A stretch of DNA of 64,000 nucleotides. Source: Myxococcota bacterium. GTDB taxonomy: Bacteria; Myxococcota_A; UBA796; CAJQPC01. The position numbers and the translations under genes are program-made. Below the pieces are notes generated by a model, which saw nothing but the letters and a program-made list of their open reading frames with translations, did no database searches and was not told the origin of the DNA. This document shows, one piece after another, positions 25,744 through 35,075 of the stretch. The DNA is taken from assembly GCA_036012755.1 (NCBI GenBank), contig DASCPX010000027.1:1-64000 (forward strand), given 5' to 3'. The number at the start of each line of letters is the position of its first letter. The first letter of the stretch is position 1.

Positions 25744-27500
25744 CAGTTCTCCACCCAGGCCCCCTGCTCGAAGTGCCAGATTCGGCGGATCTCCCCACCC
25801 GCGGGCACGTCGACACGGAAGCGTGTGTAGCGCCCGTCGTCAGTCTCGAGGCGCACGGTGTGTGGGCCGGCCGGCAGCTCGTGTTCGTAGAGCGGTGTGA
25901 AGCGGACGAACTGGCCGTCGACGATGACCTTGCTCCGAGGGAGGGAGCTCACGGTGAGCAGCCCCGTGGTCGCCGCGCTCCTTGGCGCCGCGGGCGCCTC
26001 GACCTTTGCCTCTTCCACGACCTCCTCGACGGGCTCTCCGACGAGCTCCCCGGAGGCCACGGGTTCGTCGACAGGCTGAAGCCTGGGTCTCACGACCACC
26101 GCGGGTTCCGGCCGGACCACGCGCGGCTCCGGGGGCTCGCTGACGGCCTCCACCGGCTCTGGCGCCTCGGCCTCGGGCGGCTCGGCCACCGGCGGTATCG
26201 CCTCGGGCGGTTCGGCCACCGACGGTATCGCCTCGGGCAGCTCGGCTTCGGGGAGCTCGATGTCGGCGGGCTCGGTGATCACGGCGTCGCCGGCCTCGGT
26301 GCGCGGTCCGTCCAACTCGTGGGCGACGAGGGCGACGCCAGCGAAGCCGAGCACCAGGATCGACAGCCCCGCCATGAAGACCGCTCCCATTGTCCAGGGG
26401 CTGCGGCCGGTGAGCTTCGGCGGAGGAGCGCCGATCTCGACCTCGCGGGGGGCGTGGGCGTCGCCGACCGCGACGGGGAGCCCGGTGTGGGCCGAGCCCT
26501 GGGTGCCCTGACTCCCGTGCCGCGACATGGTCGAGTGCGAGCGGCGGGGCTCCGGGGCCTGTCCCTGGGCCAGGCGGGCTGCGGTGTCCTGGAAGTGGAG
26601 GAGTTGCTCTCGTGCGGAGACCGGGTCTGGCACGAGTCGCCGGAGCGCCGCGGCCATCGCCATCGTGTCCTGGAAACGGGCCGCGGGGTCGCGCTGGAGC
26701 GCCCGAAGCAAGACCGGCGCCAGCTGGCCGTGGGGCCCGCGAATGACGTTGGCCCGCCGGGCCCCTTCGTCCTCGCTCATCGCCTTGCGGATGACGCGCG
26801 GCTCCTTCTCTGGGAACAGCGGCTGGAGCATGGCCAGCTCGTAGAGGACCGCGGCCATGCCGAACTGGTCCGCGGCCGCGTTGACGTCGACCCCGGCGGC
26901 TTGTTCGGGCGACATGTAGCCCCAGGTGCCCTTCACGGTGCCTCGGCGCTCGGACGCGATCAGCGCCTTCGAGATGCCGAAGTCGAGGACCTTGACGACG
27001 CCCTGGGGATTGAGGATGAGGTTGCTCGGCTTGATGTCCCGGTGCACCAGCTTCAGCGGGTGGCCGTCCTCGCCCCGGGCCGTGTGGGCGTAGTGGAGAC
27101 CCTCGCAGACCTGCCGCCCGATCTCGGCGATGACCGACAGGGGGATGGGAATGCCGTTGCGGCGACACAGCGAGGCGGCCCGCCGCAGCGTCGTGCCCTC
27201 GACGTACTCCATGACCAGGTAGAAGCAGTGCCCGTCGCGATCGAAATCCTGGATCTGGACCAGGTTCTGGTGCTGCAGCTGTGAGCCGATGCGCGCCTCG
27301 TTGACGAAGAGCTGCTGGAAGGTCGCGTCGCCAGCGTGCTCCGGTAGGATCACCTTGATCGCCACCTTCGGGGCCACGCCAGCCAGGCTCTCGCGGCGCG
27401 CCTCGTACACACGAGCCATGCCACCGGTGCTGATGCACCGCACCAATCGATAGCGTCCGAGTCGGGCTGGAAGGTCTATGTGGCCACTGGTTTGGGGCAA
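25743..27500 (-). CDS. Ser/Thr protein kinase (Hanks type) with TM and C-terminal PEGA domain
   Basis: GGMARVY, VAIK, HRDIKPSN, DFG and GYMSPEQ all intact. TM segment. GLLTVSSLPRSKVIVDGQFVRFTP (PEGA). Confidence 0.92.
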   Translation of the reverse strand: MPQTSGHIDLPARLGRYRLVRCISTGGMARVYEARRESLAGVAPKVAIKVILPEHAGDATFQQLFVNEARIGSQLQHQNLVQIQDFDRDGHCFYLVMEYVEGTTLRRAASLCRRNGIPIPLSVIAEIGRQVCEGLHYAHTARGEDGHPLKLVHRDIKPSNLILNPQGVVKVLDFGISKALIASERRGTVKGTWGYMSPEQAAGVDVNAAADQFGMAAVLYELAMLQPLFPEKEPRVIRKAMSEDEGARRANVIRGPHGQLAPVLLRALQRDPAARFQDTMAMAAALRRLVPDPVSAREQLLHFQDTAARLAQGQAPEPRRSHSTMSRHGSQGTQGSAHTGLPVAVGDAHAPREVEIGAPPPKLTGRSPWTMGAVFMAGLSILVLGFAGVALVAHELDGPRTEAGDAVITEPADIELPEAELPEAIPSVAEPPEAIPPVAEPPEAEAPEPVEAVSEPPEPRVVRPEPAVVVRPRLQPVDEPVASGELVGEPVEEVVEEAKVEAPAAPRSAATTGLLTVSSLPRSKVIVDGQFVRFTPLYEHELPAGPHTVRLETDDGRYTRFRVDVPAGGEIRRIWHFEQGAWVEN

Positions 27501-27522
27501 TCCGGTCCTTTCGGTCGCGCGA

Positions 27523-27532
27523 AGTCTACAAT
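27523..27532. promoter_or_regulatory. Candidate bidirectional -10 element AGTCTACAAT (TACAAT on +, TAGACT on -)
   Basis: Lies in the 53-bp gap between divergent genes. Both hexamers fit TANNNT and share the central TA. Confidence 0.5.
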
Positions 27533-27553
27533 GTCATCCCCATGGAGGTCTCG

Positions 27554-28114
27554 ATGATCCTGCTCCTCACCATGCTCGCCTGTGGCGACAAGGACCCTGC
27601 AACCCCTGACAGCGGCGAGGCCGACACCGACACGGACACCGACGCCGACACGGACACCGACACGGACACCGACGCCGACACGGACACCGACACGGACGCC
27701 GACACGGACCCGACGCTACGCGACGGCTTCTGGAACTCGACCATCGTCTCGGTCGATGCCAACACCTGCGACTTCGCTGGAGAGACTGGCGACGTCCTCG
27801 GCATGTTCGTGGAGACCACGGACGATGGCGATACCAGCATCGACGGCATCGTCATCACCTACGAGGGCAGTGACATCGTCGGCAGCGGGGAGCAGACGAT
27901 GGGCAACAAGGAGGTCGACTGCCTCACGACCGTGACCACCAGCGCCAGCGGCGAGGTGGCGGACTCGGAGACCCTCACCCGATGGGGCCGTCACGACATC
28001 ATGGTCTCGGAAGGCACCGAGTGCGACGGCGCTCCCGGCGGCACGGACGGCTGCGAGGTCGACATGACCTTCAGCGCGATCTGGTCATCCGAGGACCCGC
28101 CCGAACCCGAGTAG
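27554..28114 (+). CDS. Lipoprotein with Asp-Thr/Asp-Ala repeat linker
   Basis: GGAGG at 27544-27548, MILLLTMLAC lipobox, DTDTDTDAD repeats. Confidence 0.82.
   Translation: MILLLTMLACGDKDPATPDSGEADTDTDTDADTDTDTDTDADTDTDTDADTDPTLRDGFWNSTIVSVDANTCDFAGETGDVLGMFVETTDDGDTSIDGIVITYEGSDIVGSGEQTMGNKEVDCLTTVTTSASGEVADSETLTRWGRHDIMVSEGTECDGAPGGTDGCEVDMTFSAIWSSEDPPEPE
27620..27709 (+). repeat. Coding hexamer microsatellite GACAC(C/G)/GACGCC encoding DT/DA
   Basis: Read directly from the sequence. Confidence 0.9.
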
Positions 28115-30217
28115 CCTCCTGCGCCGCAAAACGACCAACGCGCCGAGCGCCAGCAGCGCGTAGCCGCCGACTCCACCTGCGCCGGTCGAGGCACAGCCGC
28201 ACTCGTCTTCGCCTGCCCAGGGGCTACTGCCGCCACTGTTGGTGCCTGCGCCGTCCGGGTCCAGGCAGCTGTCGTCCGGGCAGCCGTAGAAGAGGTAGGC
28301 GGAGCCTGCGTCGGTGACGCCGTCGATGTCGTCGGTCCAGGCGCCGAGCAGCACGTCGGCGTAGCCATCGCCGTTGACATCACCAGCGCCCGCCACCGCC
28401 TCACCAACCCGATCGCCCGCGTCGGCGCCGTCGCCGAAGAGCTTGTTCTCGGTGGTGGGATCCAGGCCGTTTCGGCTGCCGGCGTAGACGTAGGCCGAGC
28501 CGGAGTTCAGGGCACCGACAGCGTGGCCTGCCGCCCCCACGATGACGTCGTCGTAGCCGTCTCCGTCGATGTCTCCCGCGCTAGCGACGGCCTCGCCGAA
28601 CTCCCAGCCCTCCTCGCCGTCCGAGGGCAGGATGGAGTGCTCGGAGTCCATGTCGATGCCGTCTTCGCTGCCCAGCCAGACGGTGATGGAGCCGCTGTCC
28701 GCGCCCAGATCCCCGTCAGCTGGTGAGCCGACCACGACGTCGGCGTAGCCGTCGCCGTTCACGTCCCCGGCGCCGGACGCAGTGTGGCCGAACTTGTCGC
28801 CGAAGACGACGTCGGATGGGACGAGCTCGTCCGGGTCGTCCGCCGAGATTCCGCGAGAGCCGCCATAGTAGACGTATGCGGCGTTGAGCCCGTAGGACCC
28901 GACGATGACGTCCGCGTACCCGTCACCGTCGACGTCCCCGGCCGCAGCCACGGCCTGTCCGAAGCGGGTCGAGGTGCCGTTGTCGGTCTCCCGGTCGGGG
29001 CTCAGCGTCGTGCGGTCGCCGATGCCTTCCTCGCTGCCGTAGTAGACGTAGGCCTTCTCTCTCCCGGTGGCGCCGATGATCACGTCGGCGTAGCCGTCGC
29101 CGTCCACGTCCCCGGCCCCGTCCACCCAGTCACCGAAGCGATCCCCCGCGGCGGCCCCGTCGAAGCGCTGCTCCGAGCCAACATCCAGGCCGTTGGCGCT
29201 GCCGAAGTAGGTGTAGGCGACGCCGGTCACCGTGTCGTAGTACACGGCACCGATGACCACGTCGTCGTAGCCGTCTCCGTTGATGTCTCCAGCCCCGGCC
29301 ACGGCGTGCCCGAAGCGCTCGGCGCCGCCGGGCTCCGCCGAGAAGATGCGCACGTCCACCGTGGTGTCCACGCCCTCCGCGCTGCCCGTGTAGACGTAGA
29401 CAGCGCCGGAACCGGCTTGGTTGCCGGGGCCGACGATGGCGCCCACCAGGATGTCGTCGAAGCCGTCGCCGTTGATGTCGCCCGCGCCGGCGACCGAGTA
29501 CCCGAGCTTGTCGCCCTCCCCGGGCTCCTGGGCCATCAGCTTGTCGGCCTGGACGAGTGTGGGGTCGACCGTGATCGGGTAGGCCGCGTCGGTGTCATCG
29601 ACGATCAGCGCCAGGCCCAGGGCCGTGGCCTCCATCCACGCGGACAGCGGCTCGCCCTCGGCGTCCCAGGCCTCCAGGCCCTCGTACCTCCAGAGGCCGC
29701 CATCGGAGCCGATCAGCTCGGCGCCAAGGCCGTCGGGGTCGACGGTCCAGTCGATGCCCACCTCGATTGCGAGTTCGAGGACCAGCAGCTCGTCCCCGTC
29801 GAGGCGCTCCTCGATCTCCCAGGCCTGCTCCAGTCCGAGCTCCGTTGGCTGCCAGTACTCGGTCAGGCCGGGGCCTGGCAGCTCCACGCGCCGCTGGCAG
29901 GTGCCGTCGGGGAGGGTCGCCGTCCCGCAGTCACCCCACAGCGGCGTGACCGGCGCGACAGCGTCGCTGAAGCCCTCCCGTCCCCAGCTCGCCAGCCGGA
30001 GCCGGACCACGTCCTCGCCCGAGGATGCCTCGAGGCCGTGTGCGTCCAGGGTCCCGTCGAAGCCACCGGAGCGGACGGTGAACTCCTCGCCGTGCTCGTG
30101 GAAGCTCCGGCGTTCGGCCTTGATCGTCAGGCGCGCCTCCGACCACCAGCTGGATGAGGGCGGGGCGGCGTAGGAGGGGCTGGACAGCGGCAGGAGCAGA
30201 AAAGAGATGGTGTGCAT
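28085..30217 (-). CDS. FG-GAP (integrin-alpha-like beta-propeller) surface protein with MYXO-CTERM-like tail
   Basis: Seven AGD(I/V)(N/D)GDG(F/Y)xD repeats, AYPITVDP before the propeller, CGCASTGAGGVGGYALLALGALVVLRRRR tail, GGAGG SD. Confidence 0.9.
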   Translation of the reverse strand: MHTISFLLLPLSSPSYAAPPSSSWWSEARLTIKAERRSFHEHGEEFTVRSGGFDGTLDAHGLEASSGEDVVRLRLASWGREGFSDAVAPVTPLWGDCGTATLPDGTCQRRVELPGPGLTEYWQPTELGLEQAWEIEERLDGDELLVLELAIEVGIDWTVDPDGLGAELIGSDGGLWRYEGLEAWDAEGEPLSAWMEATALGLALIVDDTDAAYPITVDPTLVQADKLMAQEPGEGDKLGYSVAGAGDINGDGFDDILVGAIVGPGNQAGSGAVYVYTGSAEGVDTTVDVRIFSAEPGGAERFGHAVAGAGDINGDGYDDVVIGAVYYDTVTGVAYTYFGSANGLDVGSEQRFDGAAAGDRFGDWVDGAGDVDGDGYADVIIGATGREKAYVYYGSEEGIGDRTTLSPDRETDNGTSTRFGQAVAAAGDVDGDGYADVIVGSYGLNAAYVYYGGSRGISADDPDELVPSDVVFGDKFGHTASGAGDVNGDGYADVVVGSPADGDLGADSGSITVWLGSEDGIDMDSEHSILPSDGEEGWEFGEAVASAGDIDGDGYDDVIVGAAGHAVGALNSGSAYVYAGSRNGLDPTTENKLFGDGADAGDRVGEAVAGAGDVNGDGYADVLLGAWTDDIDGVTDAGSAYLFYGCPDDSCLDPDGAGTNSGGSSPWAGEDECGCASTGAGGVGGYALLALGALVVLRRRRLLGFGRVLG

Positions 30218-30297
30218 GGTGACCCTCCTAAGCGTTCGCGCCCATGGTAGTCCCAGTGAGCTTCGCCATCGGTGTCAGCGCCGTCGTTCCAGAGCGA

Positions 30298-30325
30298 GAA
30301 AGCCGCCCCGGTTGGGACGGCTTTC
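30298..30325 (-). terminator. Intrinsic terminator-like hairpin directly downstream of tRNA-Met
   Basis: Inverted repeat GAAAGCCG...CGGCTTTC. Confidence 0.7.
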
Positions 30326-30327
30326 GA

Positions 30328-30406
<79 letters not shown>

Positions 30407-30454
30407 GACTGACGACATCTAACCAGCGGGCTACAGATGTCATCCCCCTGCGCC

Positions 30455-31264
30455 TCACTTTTTCCTCCCGCGGCGCCGCGTCTTGGGCTTCGGGCGGGCG
30501 TGGCCCTTCTTGTAGCGGGTCGATTTGCCGGCTCTTCCCGGGGACTTGCCTGCCACCAGGTCCCTCAACCGCTCGAGCTCCTCGCGCGAGAGCGGGCGCA
30601 CGTCGCCGCGCTCCATTCCGCGGATTGACACCGTCGCGAAGGACTCGCGCCGCAGCTTGCTGACAGGGTGGTTCAGGGCCTCGAGCATGCGGCGAATCAG
30701 CCGGTTCCGGCCCTCGATGACGGTGATCTCGATCCAGGCGTTGCCGCCGTCGGTGCCCTCCGCGACGCGGGCCTTGCAGGGCAAGGTCATGCCGTCATCG
30801 AGCCTCACTCCCTTGCGCAGGCGTGCCAGGGTCTGGTCGGTCGGCGTGCGCCAGATCTTCGCGAGGTAGCGCTTCGGCACCTTGGACGAGGGATGGGTCA
30901 GCTTGTGAGCGAGCTCCCCGTCGTTGGTGAGCAGGAGCGCACCCTCGGTGTCGTAGTCGAGCCGCCCGACCGCTTCTACCCGCGGCCCCTTCAGATCCGT
31001 GAGCAGGTCGAAGACGCTGGTCCGGCCCTTGGGGTCGCTGCGCGACGTGATGGTCCCCTTCGGCTTGTAGAGGAGGTAGTAGACCAGCCGTGGTGCCGGT
31101 GGCAGCGGCGTGTCGTCCACCCTGACCTCTTCACCATCGCTGACGGTCGTGGCGACGTTGGTGACGATCTCGCCGTCGACCTTGACCCGACCCGCGCGGA
31201 TCCACTCCTCGGCCTCTCTTCGGGAAGCCAGGCCGCGGGTCGAGATGAGGCGGGCGAGTCTCAC
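30455..31264 (-). CDS. rluB: rRNA pseudouridine synthase, RsuA/RluB family, with S4 domain
   Basis: GLASRREAEEWIRAGRVKVDG (S4), catalytic VGRLDYDTEGALLLTNDG, EGRNRLIRRM. Confidence 0.85.
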   Translation of the reverse strand: MRLARLISTRGLASRREAEEWIRAGRVKVDGEIVTNVATTVSDGEEVRVDDTPLPPAPRLVYYLLYKPKGTITSRSDPKGRTSVFDLLTDLKGPRVEAVGRLDYDTEGALLLTNDGELAHKLTHPSSKVPKRYLAKIWRTPTDQTLARLRKGVRLDDGMTLPCKARVAEGTDGGNAWIEITVIEGRNRLIRRMLEALNHPVSKLRRESFATVSIRGMERGDVRPLSREELERLRDLVAGKSPGRAGKSTRYKKGHARPKPKTRRRGRKK

Positions 31265-31418
31265 AGCCCGCCGAGCTAACCGGGAGCCCACAAAGGTCAA
31301 GGATCGCAGCGGATCCTTGCTTGTCGGGATTGGGCTGGTCCGCTACTCTGGAGACCCCCCCGACAGCTCCGATCGCGACCTGTCGATCCGCTCTTCCACG
31401 CTCTTTCCGCTGGCTGCC

Positions 31419-32195
31419 GTGCTCGCCTTCCGTCCCGAGGAATACTCCGTCCACACGGAGCTCTACGACGGTCCGCTCGAGCTGTTGCTGTACCTCATCA
31501 AGCGCGACGGGATCGATGTCGCCGACATCCCCATCGCCCACGTCACGGACGAGTACCTCCTCTATCTCGAGCGCATGCAGCAGATGGACCTCGGGGTCGC
31601 CGGAGACTTCCTCGTCATGGCCGCGACGCTCTGCCAGCTCAAGTCGCACCAGCTCCTCCCGCGTGAGCTCGAGGCGACCGACGAGGAGGACGAGTTCGAC
31701 CCCCGGGAGCAGCTGGCGCGTCGCCTCATGGAGTACGAGCGCTTCAAGGAAGCCAGCGAGAAGCTCCTCCAACGCAACATCCTGGGCAGGGACACCTTCA
31801 AGCGCCCGGCCGCCCAGCTCTCCGCGACCAGCCGCGGCGTCGATCCGACCGTCGACGTCTTTGGGCTGCTGGAGGCCTTCTACGCTGCGGTGGAGGCGCG
31901 GGAGGCCGACGAGCCCGTGCACCAGGTGCAGCTCGAGACGCACAGCTTCGCGGACCGTGTCGGCTGGGTCCTGGACCGCCTCGACGAGGGCATCACCACT
32001 CTTCGAGGCCTCTTCCGCGGCGTCCAGGGCAGGCCCCAACGCATCCTCACCTTCCTCGCGGTGCTGGAGATGGCTCGCCTCGGTCTGCTGGACGTACGCC
32101 AGGTCGATCACCTCGGCGTCATCGAGGTCCTTGCCTCCAGCAGCCGCGCGGAGGCCGATCTGTCGGGGCTTCCGGAGCACTGGGAGAACGCATGA
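31419..32195 (+). CDS. scpA: Segregation and condensation protein A
   Basis: YDGPLELLLYLI, FLVMAATLCQLKS, TFLAVLEM. Confidence 0.92.
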   Translation: MLAFRPEEYSVHTELYDGPLELLLYLIKRDGIDVADIPIAHVTDEYLLYLERMQQMDLGVAGDFLVMAATLCQLKSHQLLPRELEATDEEDEFDPREQLARRLMEYERFKEASEKLLQRNILGRDTFKRPAAQLSATSRGVDPTVDVFGLLEAFYAAVEAREADEPVHQVQLETHSFADRVGWVLDRLDEGITTLRGLFRGVQGRPQRILTFLAVLEMARLGLLDVRQVDHLGVIEVLASSSRAEADLSGLPEHWENA

Positions 32196-32863
32196 GCGAA
32201 GTGATCACCTTTCCGGGTGCATCCAAGGCCGAAGCACCCGGCACACCGGCGGCGAAGGACTCTGCAGAGGTCGTCGAGACGCCGCGGGCGCCCAGGGCGG
32301 AGTTCCTCGGCGCCGCGGTCGAGGCCGTGCTCTTTGCGGTGGAGTCTCCCCTCCCCTTCGAGGCCTTGCGCCAGCTCCTCGGTGGCGTCCAGCCCGAGGT
32401 GCTCCGCGCGGCCCTGAGCACCCTACGGGACGGCTACCTCCGTCGAGGGGCCGGCATTCGCCTCCACGAGGTCGCTGGCGGCTACCAGCTGCGCACCGCC
32501 GCCCAGGCACGTCCCTGGGTCGCAGCGGCCCAAGGCGCTCGGCCCTTCCGCCTGTCAAAGGCCGCCGTCGAGACCCTCTCCATCGTCGCCTACCGCCAGC
32601 CGGTCACCCGGGCCGAGGTCGAGGACGTCCGAGGAGTCGACGCCGGGGGCATCCTGCGCTCGCTGCTGGAGAAGCAGCTCCTCGTGGTCACGGGGAGGAA
32701 GGACGTACTCGGCCGACCGCTCATCTACGGGACGACGCCGGAGTTCCTCGAGCTCTTCGGCTTGCGCGACCTGAGCGACCTGCCCACGCTCCGCGACCTC
32801 CGCGAGCTGGGGCGGGACGACCCCCGAGGAGGCCCGATTCAGTTGGACTTTCCGGACTTCTGA
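32192..32863 (+). CDS. scpB: Segregation and condensation protein B
   Basis: EVAGGYQLRT, LSKAAVETLSIVAYRQPVTRAEVEDVRGV, GRPLIYGTT..FL..FGL..LSDLP. Confidence 0.93.
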   Translation: MSEVITFPGASKAEAPGTPAAKDSAEVVETPRAPRAEFLGAAVEAVLFAVESPLPFEALRQLLGGVQPEVLRAALSTLRDGYLRRGAGIRLHEVAGGYQLRTAAQARPWVAAAQGARPFRLSKAAVETLSIVAYRQPVTRAEVEDVRGVDAGGILRSLLEKQLLVVTGRKDVLGRPLIYGTTPEFLELFGLRDLSDLPTLRDLRELGRDDPRGGPIQLDFPDF

Positions 32864-32866
32864 GCC

Positions 32867-33709
32867 CTACCTCGCGATCAGGAGCGCGATGTCGGCCACG
32901 CGCATGACGCGCTCCGTCACGCGTCCGAGCAGCAGGTCCTTCAGCACGGAGCGGCCCCGGAAGCCCAGGACGAGCAGATCGTGGCCCGTCTCCTCGACGT
33001 CGGCGGCGAGCGCTTCGTGTGGCTCCCCTACGAGCCGCCCGGTCTCCACGGTGATGTCGTGGGACTCGAGGCTCCTGACCGCCTCTGGCAAGGGGTCGAA
33101 GTCGGGGCGATGGCGGGCGTCCTCCACGTAGACGACCCGGCATGTCGCGTCCACACGCTCCAGGAGGTGTCGAACCACGCGCAGTGCGCAGCTGGCCCCG
33201 TCCGAGCCGTCGTAGCCCACGGTGATCCCGCGGAACTCCAGCGGCTCTCGTCCGACGCACAGGACACTCACGGGCGAAGCGCGCACGAAGCGCTCGGCGA
33301 GCATGCCACCGCTGCCGGGGTTCGTGAGCTCCCGCTCTCCGAAGGCCCCCATGACGACCAGGTCGGCGGTCGAAGCGCGGTGGACCAGGCGAGCCAGCAC
33401 GGCGCCGGTGTCCAAGAGGCTTCGGCAGCGTACGCCCTCGTCTCGGCAGCGCTCCTCGAAGCGATCCAGCAGCTTGCGCCCCTGCCGCCTGTAGACGAGC
33501 TCGACGTGCTCGGGGACCAGCACGGGCTCGAAGCCCAGCAGGCCGGCGAGGTCGCGGAGCAGATGACCGGAGAGGTGCGTGACGCCCACGACGTGGAGCC
33601 CCACCAGGAGCGTGTCAGCCACCGCCGCTCGAGCGAGGCGCAGGGCGGTCGTCAACGCGGCGTCGGCCCACGGTGACTCGTCAAGCGGAACCAGGATGGT
33701 CGTGCCCAC
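32867..33709 (-). CDS. Universal stress protein with two Usp domains
   Basis: ILVPLDESPWA, DLVVMGAFG, VGYDGSDGA, DLLVLGFRG...LLGRVTERV. TACGCT 7 nt upstream of the GTG. Confidence 0.88.
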   Translation of the reverse strand: MGTTILVPLDESPWADAALTTALRLARAAVADTLLVGLHVVGVTHLSGHLLRDLAGLLGFEPVLVPEHVELVYRRQGRKLLDRFEERCRDEGVRCRSLLDTGAVLARLVHRASTADLVVMGAFGERELTNPGSGGMLAERFVRASPVSVLCVGREPLEFRGITVGYDGSDGASCALRVVRHLLERVDATCRVVYVEDARHRPDFDPLPEAVRSLESHDITVETGRLVGEPHEALAADVEETGHDLLVLGFRGRSVLKDLLLGRVTERVMRVADIALLIAR

Positions 33710-33766
33710 GACCAGCAGCGTACCTTGCGTCGCCGAGCGGCCTATACTGCTTGTCCTGGAGGCCCC

Positions 33767-34312
33767 GTGAAGCGCTGGGTTCGCCCTGAAGGGCTCGTCA
33801 TCATCGCCGCGAGCGCGCTCGCCCTGAGTATCGGGTGCGCGCCCAAGCCCTTTCCCGAGGACACGCTGCCGTCCTGGGAGGAGCGCCCGGTCACCGGCAC
33901 CTTCAACGCAGACTTCGACACCGTCTGGGACGCCACGCTGGCCGTCATGGGAGATCACGCCGACCTCGACAAGATCGAGCGCAACACCGGCCGCATCCTC
34001 ACCGGCTGGGTCTTCGACAGCTCCGACTACATCTACAAGACCTACGGCGGGACCAGGGTCCCGGAGCCGATCCGCTGGCGCATGAACGTCGGCGTGGTCC
34101 GGGTGAGCGGGCGGACAGAGGTCGAGATGGTCAACCAGGAACAGGTGGAGAAGGACCTCATCAGCGCCAACCTGGAGTTCACCGGCTCGATCTACAAGTG
34201 GATCGACGTGCCGTCCTCGACGTCGAAGGAGCGCATGCTGCTCGAGGAGATCCTCGCAGTGCTGGAGAACAAGCGGGCGCAGCCGGAGTACGACTACGAC
34301 TACGCCCAGTGA
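33767..34312 (+). CDS. Outer-membrane lipoprotein, BamC-like helix-grip domain
   Basis: TATACT -10, GGAGG SD, LSIGC lipobox, FDTVWDATLAV...GRILTGW pattern. Confidence 0.6.
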   Translation: MKRWVRPEGLVIIAASALALSIGCAPKPFPEDTLPSWEERPVTGTFNADFDTVWDATLAVMGDHADLDKIERNTGRILTGWVFDSSDYIYKTYGGTRVPEPIRWRMNVGVVRVSGRTEVEMVNQEQVEKDLISANLEFTGSIYKWIDVPSSTSKERMLLEEILAVLENKRAQPEYDYDYAQ

Positions 34313-34334
34313 GGGCAAGCGGGCACTGACCCGG

Positions 34335-35075
34335 TTGCTCGTCATCCAGGTCATCGTGGCCGCCGCGGTGTCTGTGCCGCTGGTCGCGCTCTATGAGACC
34401 GGTCCGCCATCAGAGGAGGCGGCGCTCCGACTGGCGGGGAGCGACCTGGACCACGCGGCGGAGGTCCTCGCCGCGGAGATGGCCCTGACCGACCAGAGCC
34501 TCAGCGCAGCCCTCTGGCCCGAGTACCGGGTGCAGGTCGCGGCGCTCGCCGGACTCCAAGCGCAGGGCGCCGAGCTGATCCTGAACGACCTGATGTGGCG
34601 GACGCTGCCGGTCCAGGGCGTCCTGGCCCCCGTAGAGCTGGACCTCACCGTCACGGGCCAGTACTACGACCTCCCCATCTTCGTCGACGGCATCTACCGC
34701 TCGGCCTGGCCGGTCGAGATCAAGCGCGTCGAGGTCGAGACCCCAAAGCTCAACGCCGCAGCGATCCGGGCCACCGTGCAGGCTCGCTTCCACCGGCCCC
34801 CCACGATCGGCACCCAGTGGCTCGAAGAAGAAGGCGCCGCCTTGTTCCCCGACGATCCCGACGCCGCCGGCCGGGCGCTGTCCGAGGCCGCTCGCCTGCG
34901 GGTGCTGGAGAGCTTCGCCGCCAAGGTCCCCCAGCTGGAAGCGGCGAGCGACCGAAACCGCGACCTCGTCATGATGTACCTGCCCCGCACGCTCCACACC
35001 CTCCCCGAGACGCCGCTGGGCTGGGTCGCGCTCACCGTGGAGGACGATGAGGTCGTGATCCTGCTCGAGCCCTAG
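34335..35075 (+). CDS. PilO/GspM-like membrane protein
   Basis: N-terminal hydrophobic segment. PVELDLTVTGQYYDLPIFVDGI...VEIKRVEV resembles the PilO ferredoxin-like fold. Confidence 0.55.
   Translation: MLVIQVIVAAAVSVPLVALYETGPPSEEAALRLAGSDLDHAAEVLAAEMALTDQSLSAALWPEYRVQVAALAGLQAQGAELILNDLMWRTLPVQGVLAPVELDLTVTGQYYDLPIFVDGIYRSAWPVEIKRVEVETPKLNAAAIRATVQARFHRPPTIGTQWLEEEGAALFPDDPDAAGRALSEAARLRVLESFAAKVPQLEAASDRNRDLVMMYLPRTLHTLPETPLGWVALTVEDDEVVILLEP

Noticed and set aside
27620..27709. DT-repeat as a non-coding array or phase-variation tract
   Set aside because: An in-frame hexamer repeat encoding an acidic lipoprotein linker. Unit changes would keep the frame.
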